NCBI RefSeq assembly: GCF_963506605.1
Contig: NC_083280.1
Coordinates: 36,208,001 to 36,272,000 of the forward strand
Length of the DNA stretch: 64,000 bases
Origin: Zootoca vivipara
Lineage: Eukaryota
Direction of reading: 5' to 3'
Below, in pieces: positions 25,931-39,106 of the stretch (positions are counted from its first letter, which is position 1; each line of letters opens with the position of its first letter). The notes beneath the pieces were generated by a model. The model worked only from the letters and a program-made list of their open reading frames with translations. It was not told the DNA's origin and made no database searches. Made by a program: the position numbers and the translations under genes.

Positions 25931-26455
25931 GCCTGATTCAACAGGCTCGTCATACTTGCTTAATAATTCACTGACCCAAGGAACTGCAAATAAGTTATAG
26001 CCAAATCCTAACCAGGTCCACTCGGAAGTTATTCCTATTACATTCAATGGGTCTTATTCGGGTAGGTGGGGTTAGGATTGCAGCCTTAAGCTATTTTATG
26101 GGTGTCATTCCTAAAGCTGCTGTTAATGTTGTTTTGCAGCATGGAAGTATAAAGGAACATGCAACGTCTCCAGCCTGAAGAATTGGGGTTGGGGGGAAAG
26201 TTCTGTGATTAGCAAATAAGTTGTCCTTTTCATTTTTTAATATAATAATAATAATAATTAATAATTAATAATAATAATAAATATTATTTGTACCCCAGCC
26301 ACTCTGGGCGGCTTTTACAGTTTTGCACACATGTGGCTCGTTTCTAGAAGGCTTTTTGATGTGAATAGGTGTGGTGCCATGCTTCCCCTTAGTAGTTTTT
26401 TGTTTTTTTAATGCAACTCTCTTTTCCATTGTTTTCTGTTTTCCTTTGTGTAAAG

Positions 26456-26599
26456 GTTGTCCAAGTTTCTCTCAGGTCCTGAAGACTTTCACTCTCTGCA
26501 AGGGCATGCTGGGAGAAATTCTGTCTGCCTACGAGTTCATGGACAACGAGTGCATGAAGCTGGTTGAGCAACACCTCAAATTAACCAACCCAGTCTCAG
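26456..26599 (+). CDS. D2HGDH: D2HGDH coding exon 6
   Basis: [29 protein letters not shown]. Confidence 0.95.
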
Positions 26600-27641
26600 G
26601 TACCAGCTGGCCATATGCAAAATTCACAGGAGGGATTCCTTCACCGATTCTGGGGGGGGGGGGGGGATAGAACCAGATGGTTGAATTGAAATGTAGAGGT
26701 TCCCTAGGTGCTTTCTGTGCTTGCTACTACTCAGTTGTCTGCTGTAGTCTTGAATGAATTTATTGCTCACATTCCCACTACATCATGGATTTTGTAGTCT
26801 TAAAAACTGCACAGGACCTATACGCACATATTATACCTGATGTTGCCTTGCATCAATATTTTCGTTGTTTTGTTAAACTTCTTATTTAGTGTTTACACAT
26901 TTTTAGCAAGCATTACATACATACCTAATGTTATATGTATGCACCTTTCCATAGTTAAAACCATGCTCAAGGCTGCTTAAAATACATAATTACAAACATA
27001 ACAAAAGTAGTTAGAAACAATAAATAAAACATCAAAAGGTACACAACCAAATTTAAACCATTTCCCTATAAATAATAACATATAAAATAAATATACCAAA
27101 AATTAATATCAATAACAGCAGGAACCCTCACCAATACCCCAGTCTATGCATTTTTTACACCACATATAATTGAGAGTTGTCTACCATTTTCACAAATTCA
27201 CAGAGCAATCTAAGGAAGGTGTGGGCAGGAGAATCTGGAACCAAAATGTTTAAACCAAATTCCACTTTTTCTGAATTTTGGCAACTAGTCTAATAAAAAC
27301 AGGATATAGGCCAGGAAACTGTGTCATGTGAGGCATTCCGCAGATTCATTTTTCTTTGGAGATTTCTTTTAGGTTCGTAATACTAGAGAAACAGATTTTT
27401 GATAAAAAAAATAAGATGGCTGCTAATGTGACTTTCCTCCTCTCCTTTGGTTGAACCATTTTGGGCAGGTTGGCAGGATCCACCGAAAGTGTCTTTTAAA
27501 AGATCCAAAATTTCAGAGAAACACCGTTTTCTTAACTTCTGCGTGGTGCGGCAGGAGTCACTCCAGTGAATATAGTGTGATTTTTAGCTGTTGCAACTGA
27601 TAGTGACTGTCTGCTTTCTGATTCTGCTTTTACAACTCCAG

Positions 27642-27784
27642 AAAGTCCTTTCTATGTGCTAATTGAGACTTCAGGCTCCAATTCTGCCCATGATGAGGAA
27701 AAGCTGAGCCACTTCCTGGAACATGTCATGGCCTCTGGTTTGGTAGCGGAGGGAACTCTGGCTTCAGAAGATAAAAAAATTAAG
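27642..27784 (+). CDS. D2HGDH: D2HGDH coding exon 7
   Basis: [47 protein letters not shown]. Confidence 0.95.
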
Positions 27785-27994
27785 GTAATTTCCCATTTCT
27801 CCCTAACTGTGCTTGGGTCGGGGCTCTGATTTGAATCTGAACTGCGTACCAATGGATGTTCAAATATTGGTGTATGTGGCATGCAACAGTGATCCCAAAT
27901 TGCTAGGCATTCCTCAAATAGCATTGTCTAATTAATTAATTAATTAATGTTTGCTTTTACTAAATTTATGTCCCTCCCTTCTTCTCTGAAGGAG

Positions 27995-28247
27995 CGTCTC
28001 CACCCCCATCGTTCTGCCCGGACACTGAGGTCCAGTACCGAGGGCCTTCTGACGGTTCCCTCGTTGTGAGAAGCCAAGTTGCAGGGAACCAGGCAGAGGG
28101 CCTTCTCGGTGGTGGCGCCCTCCCTGTGGAACGCCCTGTTTAGGGAGGCTTTTAGTGTTTAATAGATTATTTTATTTCATTTTTCTGTTGTAAGCCACCC
28201 AGAGCGGCTGGGGAAACCCAGCCAGATGGGCGGGGTATAAATAATAA

Positions 28248-28278
<31 letters not shown>
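27995..28278 (+). mobile_element. L2-like LINE 3' fragment with (TTA)n tail
   Basis: Same family as 6222-6575. Confidence 0.75.
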
Positions 28279-28279
<1 letters not shown>

Positions 28280-29022
28280 GAAAGGAGCCCAGGGAAGCAA
28301 ACATCAAGAGACAAAATAATACAAACACATTTAAAACAATTCCAAGGCAGGTGCAGACTGGGAAAGATTTCAGCTTAGAAAGCTTGAAAGAGGAAGGTAT
28401 TCAATAGCCACCGAAAAGGCAGTAGAACCGGCACTGCCTAATATTAAAGGGAGAGGATTCCAAAGAGTAGCTGCCACAAGACGGAATACCGTGTTCTTAT
28501 ATTGTTCAGAATGGACGTCCGGATAAGATGGTACCTGCAGGAGTGCAGTGATCAGTTGGGTATATAAGAGGTGAAATGATCATTCAGGCCTCCAGGTCCC
28601 AAGCTCTGTATGACTTGATACACCAAAACCAGCACCTTGAACTTAACCTGGTAGCTAATTGGCAGTCTAATCTCCGTTCAAAACTAATCAGGACAAATGC
28701 TGAAACAGGTCCTTTAAGACTTGTGTGCGGCTGGTCCAATTGGAATGCTGCAAAGGAAGACACAGCTGCTCTGGAATCGCTCATTGGAATGACAAAATAA
28801 TGTCAGCCCAGCACTAAATAAACTTTTGGTGATTGGTTGAAGCTAGCCTAAGCTCATTATTTCTTTGAAGATTAATTGGTTCTTTTAACATAAACACCCA
28901 AGTATCCGAGATGACTTAGCCAGCAGTGTTCAGATAGCAGGTCACTTTTGTAAAGCCATCCATGTGGAATGAAAACGAAAGCATTTTGTTTCCATCCAAG
29001 TCACTGCTTGGGTCCATTGCAG

Positions 29023-29188
29023 GCGCTGTGGGCTTTGCGGGAACGGATCACAGAGGCCTTGACTTGCGATGGATCCGTTTACAAATACGACATTTCTCTG
29101 CCTGTGGAGAAACTCTATGATCTGGTGACGGACATGCGGACACGGCTGGGCGGAAATGCCAAGAACGTGGTGGGCTATGGCCACCTAG
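29023..29188 (+). CDS. D2HGDH: D2HGDH coding exon 8
   Basis: [13 protein letters not shown]...[16 protein letters not shown]...VVGYGHL(G). Confidence 0.96.
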
Positions 29189-29469
29189 GTAAGCTGGAAT
29201 GTGCTTGGAAACAAATGGCCTTTACTGATTTGGATTTAGGGTTCTTATAGCAAAGCACTGTATAAGGAAGGCCTTGGTTCAGCTCTCACCTGCTCTAGGG
29301 GGTTGGACTAGATGACTCTTGGGGTCCCTTCCAACTGTACAGTTCTAGGAGCTGCTGGATGGTTTTCGGTCAGCTTCTGTCTCTCAGCCTCAGCCAAAAG
29401 TAAAAGAGTGATGAAATAACTTCACCAAAAGAAAATGAAACGGTCCACTTGCTATCTGAAAGGAGGTTG

Positions 29470-29731
29470 CTGATGATAGAAGAAGAAAAAGAAGAGTTTG
29501 GATTTGAATATCCCACTTTATCACTACCTGAAGGAGACTCAAAGCAGCTAACATTCTCATTTCCCTTCCTCTCCCACAACAAACACTCTGTGAGGTGAGT
29601 GGGGCTGAGAGACTTCAAAGAAGTGTGACTAGCCCAAGGTCACCCAACAGCTGCATGTGGAGGAGTGGAGACACAAACCCGGTTCACCAGATTACAAGTC
29701 TACTGCTCTTAACCACTACACCACACTGGCT
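29470..29731 (-). mobile_element. tRNA-derived MIR/CORE-like SINE
   Basis: Minus-strand head gccagtgtggtgtagtggttaagagc; gtgactagcccaaggtcac core; (GAA)n tail. Confidence 0.7.
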
Positions 29732-30346
29732 CTCAGGAGAGGGGAGGAGAGGGGTTTAGTTTTGTTTTTACCATGGTACATGACTTACAGAATGGCCTCC
29801 CCAGGCTAGTTCAGTTGGTGCCAACTGTGATGTCATTATGACAACTGGGAAATACATTTTTATTCCTCATGGGCATTCCAGCACATAGTGTGAGGTAGTT
29901 TTTATCTGCTCTGCCGATCTTTCACTGCTGTTATTTGTTCTGCATCTTGCTTTCAACTGTGGTTTTTACCTATTTTTTTGTTTTATTCTTTTTTTATTGC
30001 ACTGGTAGTTTACTGGAGAGTGGCCTCTAGAAATCCCTTGGACCATGAATACCCAATGTGTTGCCCTCCAGATGCTATTAGACTACAACTCCCACCAACC
30101 CTAGCCAACGTGGTCAGTGGGATAATGGGAATTGTATTCCAGCAGCTTCTAGAGGGTGCCACTTTGTCTACCTTGCTTTTAGACAAATAATATTAATGAA
30201 TAATCTTCATTATATTTTAAAATAACCCTCTTTTCTAGAACAAAGAGAGGAATTAGGGGGAGCCACTGCGCTGGATGTTCCAGTAATTGAATGTGTTTTC
30301 TGCTTTCTCTTTTGAAACCCACCAATTTGGGACTTCGCTTTGGCAG

Positions 30347-30609
30347 GAGATGGAAACTTGCACCTGAACATCACAGCAGATTCCTACAGTCATTCCCTGC
30401 TGGAGACTATTGAGCCATTTGTGTATGAGTGGACTTCCCAGTACCGTGGGAGTATCAGCGCAGAGCATGGTCTGGGCTTCAAGAAGAAGCATTATATCCA
30501 CTACAGTAAGCCCCGGGAGGCCGTCCTTCTCATGCAGCAGTTCAAGGCCATGTTGGACCCCAAAGGGATTCTAAACCCTTACAAGACATTGCCGGATAAG
30601 GCTGCATGA
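30347..30609 (+). CDS. D2HGDH: D2HGDH last coding exon
   Basis: DGNLHLN...[13 protein letters not shown]...[17 protein letters not shown]; the 9 exons total 1683 nt = 560 aa + stop. Confidence 0.96.
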
Positions 30610-31094
30610 TGGTGACTATGAAGAACAGGATCCGGAGACCTTTGCGTGGAGGTTGTCTAGCACGGAAGCTGTAAGCAAATTGTGAAACTGCAACGTGAAA
30701 TGGAGGTTTGCTCCCCACCCACCCCCAACAAAAGAAATAGTAAAGGAGTTGAATTGTCCTCCCAGTATTATCTATCTACCAAGCTCTGAATTATCCCAGA
30801 AGCAGAGAAGACAACATTTGTTTTCTAAGGCTCTTTCCTTCAAAGCTTCCGATTGCTCCCCATTTTTAGGGCTTTGTTCTTATCTGAATACAACGTGTAG
30901 GAGTGGAACTTGGGATAAGAGAACAATTTGCAGGAGGAAATTCGTGGGATAGCTTCTCTTGCCCTCTGTTGCAGCTGCATACATTCAAAACACAAAGCAA
31001 CAGCTGCAGGATTTGCAAGGACCTTGAAGAAGAAAAGAGGGTATTCTGTGCTTTGAACCAAGTGTGGGAAACATTTTACCTTTCTTCGTGGAAA

Positions 31095-31100
31095 AATAAA
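31095..31100 (+). terminator. Probable D2HGDH polyadenylation signal
   Basis: AATAAA about 490 nt after the stop codon. Confidence 0.5.
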
Positions 31101-31596
31101 ACCTGTAATGAAAATATTACCTCAATTTCTCTACGTTTCAAAGCAGTCCTTCTTTATAGGTTCCCCATTCTACAAAAACTTAAGTTGGAGATTGGAAACC
31201 TGTGGCCCTCACATCACCCATCATTACTGACCATTGGCCATGTTTGCCTGGGATTGATGGGAGTTAGGAATCCAAAACATCCAAAGGGAGCACTGGGTTG
31301 GAAAAGGCTGCTCAAGTTGTCTTCCTCAACCGGGTGCCTTTCAGAGGTTTCAGAATACAACTGTCATCAACTCCACCTAACAGCCGGTCACTGTTCTGTG
31401 ACCGCTGAACATGTGTCCTCTCTTCATTGGGCTGTTTGGGTTTCCAACCCCCTCTTTCCCCCCCTTAAGAATATCTACTTCACTGAATGTTGGTGTTGCC
31501 TGAAGCTTGCTGCTACCTCCCATTTGTGGGTGGGTGGTACGTTATAATTTAGCTGCATAATGAGTCATACTTAGATGGTGAACATGCTATCCGTAT

Positions 31597-31823
31597 ACAC
31601 TAGTACCTCCGCTTATGAATTCGTTCTAGAGGTCTGTTCTTAACCCGAAACCGTTCTTAACATGAGGCACACTTTCGCTAATGGGGCCTCCTGCTGCTGC
31701 CGCGCAACTTCCGCTTGCATCCCGGGGCAAAGTTTGCAACCAGGAGCATCTACTTCCAGGTTAGCAGAGCTCGTTACCCGAAGCATTTGTAAGGAGGACA
31801 GTACGTAACATGAGGTTACACTG
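31597..31823. mobile_element. Tc1/mariner-type MITE (degenerate)
   Basis: TA-cactagtacctc ... gaggttacactg-TA; related to 57548-57768. Confidence 0.6.
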
Positions 31824-31883
31824 TATTGGATACTTGGTGGAATGTAAGAGTCTTTGTTAGACAGTGGGGTTTATTGGGTGGGT

Positions 31884-32088
31884 GGGGCTATAGTTCAGTG
31901 GTTAGAGCATACTCTTGGCATGCAGACAGTCCTGGGTTCAATCACTGGCATCTCCAGTTAAAAAGATCCGACGGCAATTGATTATAAAGGCCCTGAGGCC
32001 AAGCAGAGCCACTGCCTGGCAGAGTTGACAGTTCAGAGCTAGATGGACTAGTAGTCCTGACTTGGTATAAGGCAGCTCCTTGTGTTCT
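31884..32088 (+). mobile_element. tRNA-derived squamate SINE (Squam3-like)
   Basis: A/B-box head ggggctatagttcagtggttagagc...ggttcaatc, then SINE body; second copy at 42759-42945. Confidence 0.7.
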
Positions 32089-33068
32089 AACGCTCTCATG
32101 CAAGTACTTGATTGACACCCAGTGCCCTTTTAAATATGTTATGAGAGGGGGGATTATTGGTTTTTTTCTTTCTTGTTTTTATTATGTATTTTGTATTTTT
32201 AATATTGCAATTTTATGTTGTGGACCGCCTGGGATCTACTGGTGTAGGGCAACATACAAATTTAATAAATAATAATAATGACTTCAGCATGGCCATAGCT
32301 CAGAGGATGAACAACCCCCTACACTGACTTCCAGTTCCATCAGCCTGTGGCAGAGCTGTTGTGCTTGGCTCCCCATTGGCTCGGCTCCCCATTCAAGCCT
32401 CAGGTTGGCTTTTGGTGTATCTCCACAATCTGGTTGGGATGGAATAATAATAATAATAGTAATAATGATGATGATGATGATAAAGGTTTGCCTGTTCAGA
32501 ACTGGAGGAGTTACCATTTGGTCATCCTACTATAGTTAACTAGTGCCTCTGGCACTCATAGTTGAATTCAGCATGGCCATAGAACAAATGAATTCTGTTA
32601 ACTGTAGAAACTATTGTACTTTCCCAGGTGTGAAGTGTAGTCCTTTTACTCACAAGAATCTTGTTGTTTCATTCACAGAACATCCATCAAAGGTGGGTGG
32701 TAAATAAACAAATAAAAAGCAAGTGCCCTTTTAATGTGTAAAGAGAGGAGGATTAATGAGCAGCAAGTCCTGACTTCTGCCGCCTGGGGGTGCCATGACA
32801 GCTGCCGCCCTAGGGAGTAAACCACACTGGCTTTCAAATGAACACATGGTAGGCTTGTGTGAAAGTCCATCTTTTGAGGAAATGATTTGGAACTAATGTT
32901 GCTGATGAGAGTGGCATCCTTCCCAATACCATAGGAATCTTAAGTATTGTGCAGTATGTTGTTGTATTACAGTATGTTCTTTGTTTCACTGTTTGCAGTC
33001 CCTTTTAGACCGAGATTAACTACATAAGAAAGGCATCATTACTGATGACTGTACAGGGAAAGAAAATT

Positions 33069-33167
33069 CCGACCTGAGGGGCTCATCTTCCAGCGTCATA
33101 ACTTTTATATGCCTGTTGTCTTTGTCCATGGAGTTTTCTTGGCAGGGATACTGGAGTGGCTTGCCAG
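33069..33167 (-). mobile_element. BovB/RTE-like fragment abutting the GAL3ST2 relic
   Basis: cgacctgaggggctcatcttccag...gtccatggagttttcttggcagggatactggagtggcttgcca resembles BovB (recalled, not searched). Confidence 0.6.
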
Positions 33168-33936
33168 CTGATGCTGATTGCTGAATACTTTGATGAGTCC
33201 ATGATCCTTCTGAAGAATATGTTATGCTGGGACCTGGATGATGTGGTTTACAGTGGTACCTCTACTTACGAATTTAATGTGTTCCGAACACACATTTGTG
33301 AGTCGAAAAAAATTGTAAGTCGAATCCCATAGGAATGCATTGGGAGAAAAAATTCGTAAGTCGAAGCAACCCTATCTAAAAATTCGTAAGTAGAAAAAAT
33401 CCTATCTAAACCGCATCCAGGATGGCAGACGGAGCTCCATTTGTAAGTAGAAAAATTCGTAAGTAGAGTTATTTGTAAGTAGAGGTACCACTGTATTTCA
33501 AACTGAACACCAGGAGCTTAGTGTTTAGACTCTGAGTCCAGAAAACAAGGAAAAGGCGAGAGATTGGTGTGCTCTGGACTGGAAACTTTACACACATTTC
33601 AATAACACCTTTTGGATTAAGATCCAAGAGAGGATGGACATAAAGACTTTGTACAAGGAGGTCGAACTTCTGCAGAAGAGACAGAAGGAACTGATGGAGA
33701 TGTGCCTCTTGGAGGAAACAGCAGTTGATGGAAGCAAAATCATAGACAATAAACTGAAGCCCTTGCAGATGGGGTATGCGAAAATCTTGGGCTATAACCT
33801 CAAGAAGGATTTAGACAATAAGACCCAGACGATCTGCCAAAAGATGATCATGCCCGAGCTCCAGTATACAGCATATCTGTACAGTCACCAGTTCCCAAAC
33901 AAGACGAGAAAACCCATAGACTTCCCCACTCAATAA
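33168..33936 (+). pseudogene. GAL3ST2: Galactose-3-O-sulfotransferase 2 relic (3' half of last exon, disrupted)
   Basis: LMLIAEYFDESMILLKNMLCWDLDDVVY/FKLNTRS...WCALDWKLYTHFNNTFW...KILGYNLK...CQKMIMPELQY...QFP; MITE in the Tyr codon, frameshift, TAG at 33526-33528; syntenic position between D2HGDH and NEU4. Confidence 0.88.
33251..33493. mobile_element. 243-bp Tc1/mariner-type MITE inside the GAL3ST2 coding sequence
   Basis: TIRs cagtggtacctctacttac / gtaagtagaggtaccactg; TA TSD at 33249-33250 and 33494-33495. Confidence 0.92.
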
Positions 33937-35676
33937 AACAAGATTTGCTTATGATAAGGATATACAATTGTGCTGGTAATATAGGGCAATGTAGTCTCAC
34001 TGGAGGGCAAATGGGGCACTGCCCCACCCACCTCAGGATGCCCTCACTTGTCTACATTCCTATTTGCAACCAGTCCAGGGGGTGGAACTGGCTATTGTCT
34101 TAATTCCAACTAGCAGAACTGATTGGTTCTGCAAGCCATTGCCCCAGCTCCACCTACTGTTGGTCTCCCCCGCCCCTGCCCTGCCCCCGTCACAGTGGCC
34201 CAAGCCACCACTGTATAGTCTCAAGTCTCAGTGGTAAAAGACCCTGCCTAATTCGGCATCTTTGGTCTAATCCTCTTTTAAAGCCATCTAAATTGGTTGT
34301 CATCACTTTGCAGTGCTTTGGTCCCCAGTAGTTTGCAGCCACTCTTCTCTTTAGTACATACTGTATCAATAGATGAACCAGGTAATTTTATTCAATGTTA
34401 GTCAATGTGATGCTGTGATCTTCTAAATATGGGATGGGAACACATATTACAACTCACTGAATGACTATTTTTATAGAAGGTTCAAGTTCCCACAGCCTTG
34501 TACATGGTTTCATCATCCTTTAGTCAGTTTTGCTCTTATGCTGGAGAGTTACTAGATAACCATTATGGCTCTGAACCATGAGGCCCTCTGAAATCAATTT
34601 CCTGCAACGTATTGAAAGCTCATTTTGTTTTGGTTTCATTCCATCTTCTAGGCCTTCAGTTGTCACAGTCCCCTTTGTCCTCAGGTTTCTGCTCCTTGCT
34701 TTGTTTAGTCTCCGCCTCCCCACTTTTCTTAATGGGAACATTTGGACTCGGCTCAGTGAACTGGAAGTAACTCTGTCAGCATGAATCCTAGTCGCATAAC
34801 ATGTCAATTGATTTGTGACTGAAATCAAAATACAAGAAAGTCTAGCCTATGTTAACAGCTGCTCCAGTTCAAGAAAAACAGCAGTTTAAGTCCCCCAATG
34901 CATGGGGGTTAGAAATGAGGAAGAAATTAGAATCAGTTCCCACTCAAAGGTATGCCAACCAACTTCATACTTCCTGAAACAATGCAAGAACCAAATCACA
35001 GCCATCCTTCAAAATCTGCACTTCTCCAAATTTTGCAATGCAGTTTTCCAGGCAAGTACAAGAATGCATATAGTAGGGTCAAGTTGCATAAAATGCATAT
35101 GTTAGTTGTCAGCTGAACAGTGCTAGCTTATGCATCTTTACTTTGAAGTAAGTCCCACTGTGTTCAGCGAGACTTACTCTCTAGTAAGTATGTTTAGGAT
35201 TGCAGCCTGAAGCAATTTTTGTAAAGGCTGGGGAAAGCTTGACAAAATGCAGAAGATGAGGGTCAAGATGATGGCGAAGGTGAAGGGCACTGCAAAACAC
35301 CTGAACAAAAATTGTTTGCTAGCATGAAGGACATGAGGATAATGCTAATTCCTGTTTCTGAGGTTCTAAGGTACTGCAACCATGTGCCATTTTCTTTTTC
35401 TTTTGAACGGTGGTCACAAACTGTTATTTTCCACCACTTATTTAACATAAGCAAACACATATTGCACCAATTATTATTATTATTTTAAAAAAGGTTTGTG
35501 CAAATGAACTAGGCTCCAAGGCTGGCCCTATCATTAGACAGCTTTTTCGGGTGTCATGAATGGTCATCAAACTGTTGTTTAGTTAATTATTATTGTACTT
35601 TTGCAGGGAGAGAGAAACCATAGAGCTTTCTCTCTCAGGTGCCCAAGTAACTTGGCTGGCCATGGGCACTCTAAAC

Positions 35677-35812
35677 CAGGCATCCCCAGGCTGCGGCCCT
35701 CCAGATGTTTTGGCATGCAACTCCCATGATCCCTAGCTAACAGGACCAGTGATGGGGGAGGATGGGAGCTGTGGTCCTGAGCATCTGGGGGGCCAAAGTT
35801 TGGGGGTGCCTG
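35677..35812. mobile_element. 136-bp hairpin hAT MITE
   Basis: TSD CTCTAAAC; family of 13098-13233. Confidence 0.88.
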
Positions 35813-36517
35813 CTCTAAACCTTGTTTAATGCTGATAAAAGGTTCAAAAAGATAAACAAATGGAACCAGGTTAGCTTTGCCATGGTTAAATGTCTTTCTA
35901 ATGTCTGTATTAAATGTATTTTAATGTAGTTTTAATCTCTGTTGGAAGCCGCCCAGAGTGGCTGGGGAAACCCAGCCATATGGGCAGGGTACAAATAATA
36001 AATTATTATTATTATTAAAATTATTACTAACATCTTTATCAAAAACCTGGAAATATAGAGTACAAGCTCCCTGCAATGTTTCTAGATACAAGCAACATAA
36101 TTGCCTGATGAGAACAGTTTAATGACATGAGCAGCTTTTCATTAGGAAATAATGCATTCTGTTTATCAATAAACTATCAGAGGCATATGGACTGCAGCTA
36201 ACATTGTGTGTACTCATAATGTGTACTCTGGTGGGGCTGCATTGGAGTCAGAGTAAATGGTACTTAATGTGTACACAGTCAAAGTCAATAAATTCTGATG
36301 CTTACACCCTCTCATCGAAGCATCCTCCAAACATAAATATCAGTTGCCATCTGGTACCCTATCCAGGTCACCCATCCTACTTCACGGACCTTCGGGGTTG
36401 TCTAGTTCAAGTACCGTATTTTTCTTACAGTTCTTAATCTCTAAAGAAGGAACAGCAGGCAAGTCTTGAAATTGCCCAACAGCCAAACAGAGAATTATAG
36501 GTAGGTAGTTATATTAG

Positions 36518-36857
36518 GGACGCAGGTGGCGCTGTGGGTTAAACCACAGAGCCTAGGGCTTGCTGATCAGAAGGTCGGTGGTTCGAATCCCCGCGACGGG
36601 GTGAGCTCCTGTTGCTCGGTCTCTGCTCCTGCCAACCTAGCAGTTCAAAAGCACATCAAAGTGCAAGTAGATAAATAGGTACCGCTACAGCGGGAAGGTA
36701 AACAGTGTTTCTGTGTGCTGCTCTGGTTCGCCATGCTTTGTCATGCTGGCCACATGCTGGCCACATGACCCGGAAGCTCCCTCGGCCAATAACGCGAGAT
36801 GAGCGCCGCAACCCCAGAGTCGGTCACGACTGGACCTAATGGTCAGGGGTCCCTTTT
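36518..36857 (+). mobile_element. Sauria SINE
   Basis: gggacgcaggtggcgctgtgggttaaacc head and full body. Confidence 0.88.
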
Positions 36858-39106
36858 AGGTATATGTTATTTGTTATCTGTACAAAGTATGGCTTTGTAA
36901 TCTACACAGGTGTTACAAAGGATAAGACAGTTTCCCCAGAATTCTGTTCCCAGGCTTTACTTTGAGGAAGGAAGGGGTAGAAATTCAGATTATAAGGTCC
37001 CTCTTCCCAGACTTTAAGGCTGCTAGACTGGTTTCTTTCCATTTGCACAGATAAAAGCAGAGTAAAGCCACATAAGTCAATGGGCTTACTTCAGCACTAT
37101 AAACATTAGAGAGGTGAACATGGCATTCTCCCTTCACTGCCATTACACCGGACATATGATTCTGATTATGGAGATGTGCAGCTAATGAAGTCAACATATA
37201 CAGACAGATAGGTATGCCCCGTGAGAGTTTCCCAGTTAGTTAAAAAAATAAAAATAAAAGGGAAAATGATGGTCACAGGTATCTGCACATGGACATTGCT
37301 GACTGTGTCCTCACTGTGCTCTGACAATGAAGTCTTTGTCCTCCATTTGCTGATTAAGCTGCTGGCTCAGTGCTTTCCCCCCAACCATGGAACAAGTAGC
37401 AAGCCCACTGGGTCAGAGGTAGAGGGAAGGGGGGTGCTTGAGAGTCAGAACGTGACGAATGAAATAAGGCATCACATAAGCAGGGAAGGAAGCTGCTGAA
37501 ATTGCATCGGTCAGCAAAGCGGAATTTGTAAAGGGCTCAGATGAAGACAGATCAACATAAATAACTGATCAGTGGCTTTGGGGACAAAAGACCACCTACC
37601 AAGCAGAAAGGGGGCAAGGTTTGTGGTTTCATGCTTGTTTTTCTTCTGTAGTCTCTGTAAGTTTCTAGATGTCTCCTTCCTTATTTGGGGCATGCCTAGA
37701 TGGACTAGGATTTTCTCCCTCCATTCCTTATACTTGTAATATCTCTTCTTCCAAGAAGGGATTAAGAGGAGATTCTGCAGTGTACAGTAGTGTGGGCACT
37801 GCTCCTGTCTTACCCGTCTTTCAGCTGCTACTATCCCCTCCCCAGATAGTGTATCTGTGACACTCACCCTACTTCCTCTAAGAAATCATAAAACAGTGCA
37901 GAGTGCAGTGCTTACCTAGGCCATTCCTGTTTTTTCCACCGATGCTTTGCTCTTTCCTACCAAGCCACCATCTGACATAGTGTTGCTGCCTGCACTGTCT
38001 CTTACAGTTCTCAGTGGCCTCCATTCAGTTCCTTTGAAAAAAAGAAAAATCACACAAAGAGCAATACAAATATTTTTGTCTGCAGTGTTCGAAAAGCTAT
38101 CTGTGTGGACTCTTTGGTACTATAGTGGGACCTAAACCTTTCTCCTGAAATTTATGGATCCTACAATAATTGTGTGTCTGGTTACCATTTTTAAATGAAG
38201 ATGTTTTTCACTTATTAATTTCTTGTCACCTTTGTTGTATTACGAGCCCCTGCAGACTTGCCTGTTAACGTGGGCGTATCCTACAACATCTCCTTGACAC
38301 AATAGTAGTGCGTTACTGGTGGGTTTATTCCGCTTTAGTCTAGTTTAGTTAAACATCATTGCCGCCTGGTGGGGCTGTTGCAGAACAAAAGTAGCAGAAA
38401 AATAAACCAGAACATTTTGTGGTATAAAAAGTTGTGGTATTTCAGCAGGAAGTTATGGGATATGCAGTGATTGGAAATAAAGCAGGGTGACCATTCCAAA
38501 ACATTTGAAGGGGCAAAGAGTTTTAAAAGCAGGATTGTGTCTAACCACCCAGAAAGCATCATGAGCACAAATCGTCATCAAGGTGCAACGAAAGGCTGTC
38601 TGGAGAGGTGCTGTGTCTATTCCCCTCGTGTTATTGTTTCTATTGTGTTTATCTATAGTGATGGATTGATTATGGGTCCTACTTGTAGACCTCTTGCCAA
38701 TTTAACTCTCTTGGTTAAGTTGCCTGTTTTTGTATTGTGCATGGGAGGCGATGTGGGTTGGGATCCTGGGACATCATCCCGGCATACCGGCCATCACTGC
38801 TTGTCAGTTGGTGATTGCCAGGCATGACTAATGTGGAGCTAAGCATCATCAAGAAATGTGGGTAATGGGGTAGAATGGTCAAGGATGAGGTCGGAATGGC
38901 TGCTGGTGAGTCGGCTTTAGATTTTACTAACATTCTGTTTTGGGGGATGGGAAAGGATTACATAGGATTACAACAACTATGTTGTGGTGGCCGGCATAGC
39001 AAGACCAGAAGATCACAGTCACATCCAACACTGTAGACTGACAGATTTACCCATCCCTAGTTACACAAAAAAGTCTCTGAGTAATTGAAAACGTATTTAA
39101 AAAATA

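Noticed and set aside
30903-31547. 214-aa ORF after the D2HGDH stop
   Set aside because: Non-ATG start; spans the 3' UTR, poly(A) signal and a decayed MITE; no motif
31884-31957. tRNA-like sequence (also near 42759 and 55547)
   Set aside because: A/B boxes continue into SINE bodies; these are SINE heads, not tRNA genes
32640-33068. Possible upstream GAL3ST2 exons
   Set aside because: Splice-like sites exist, but no frame gave GAL3ST2-like sequence
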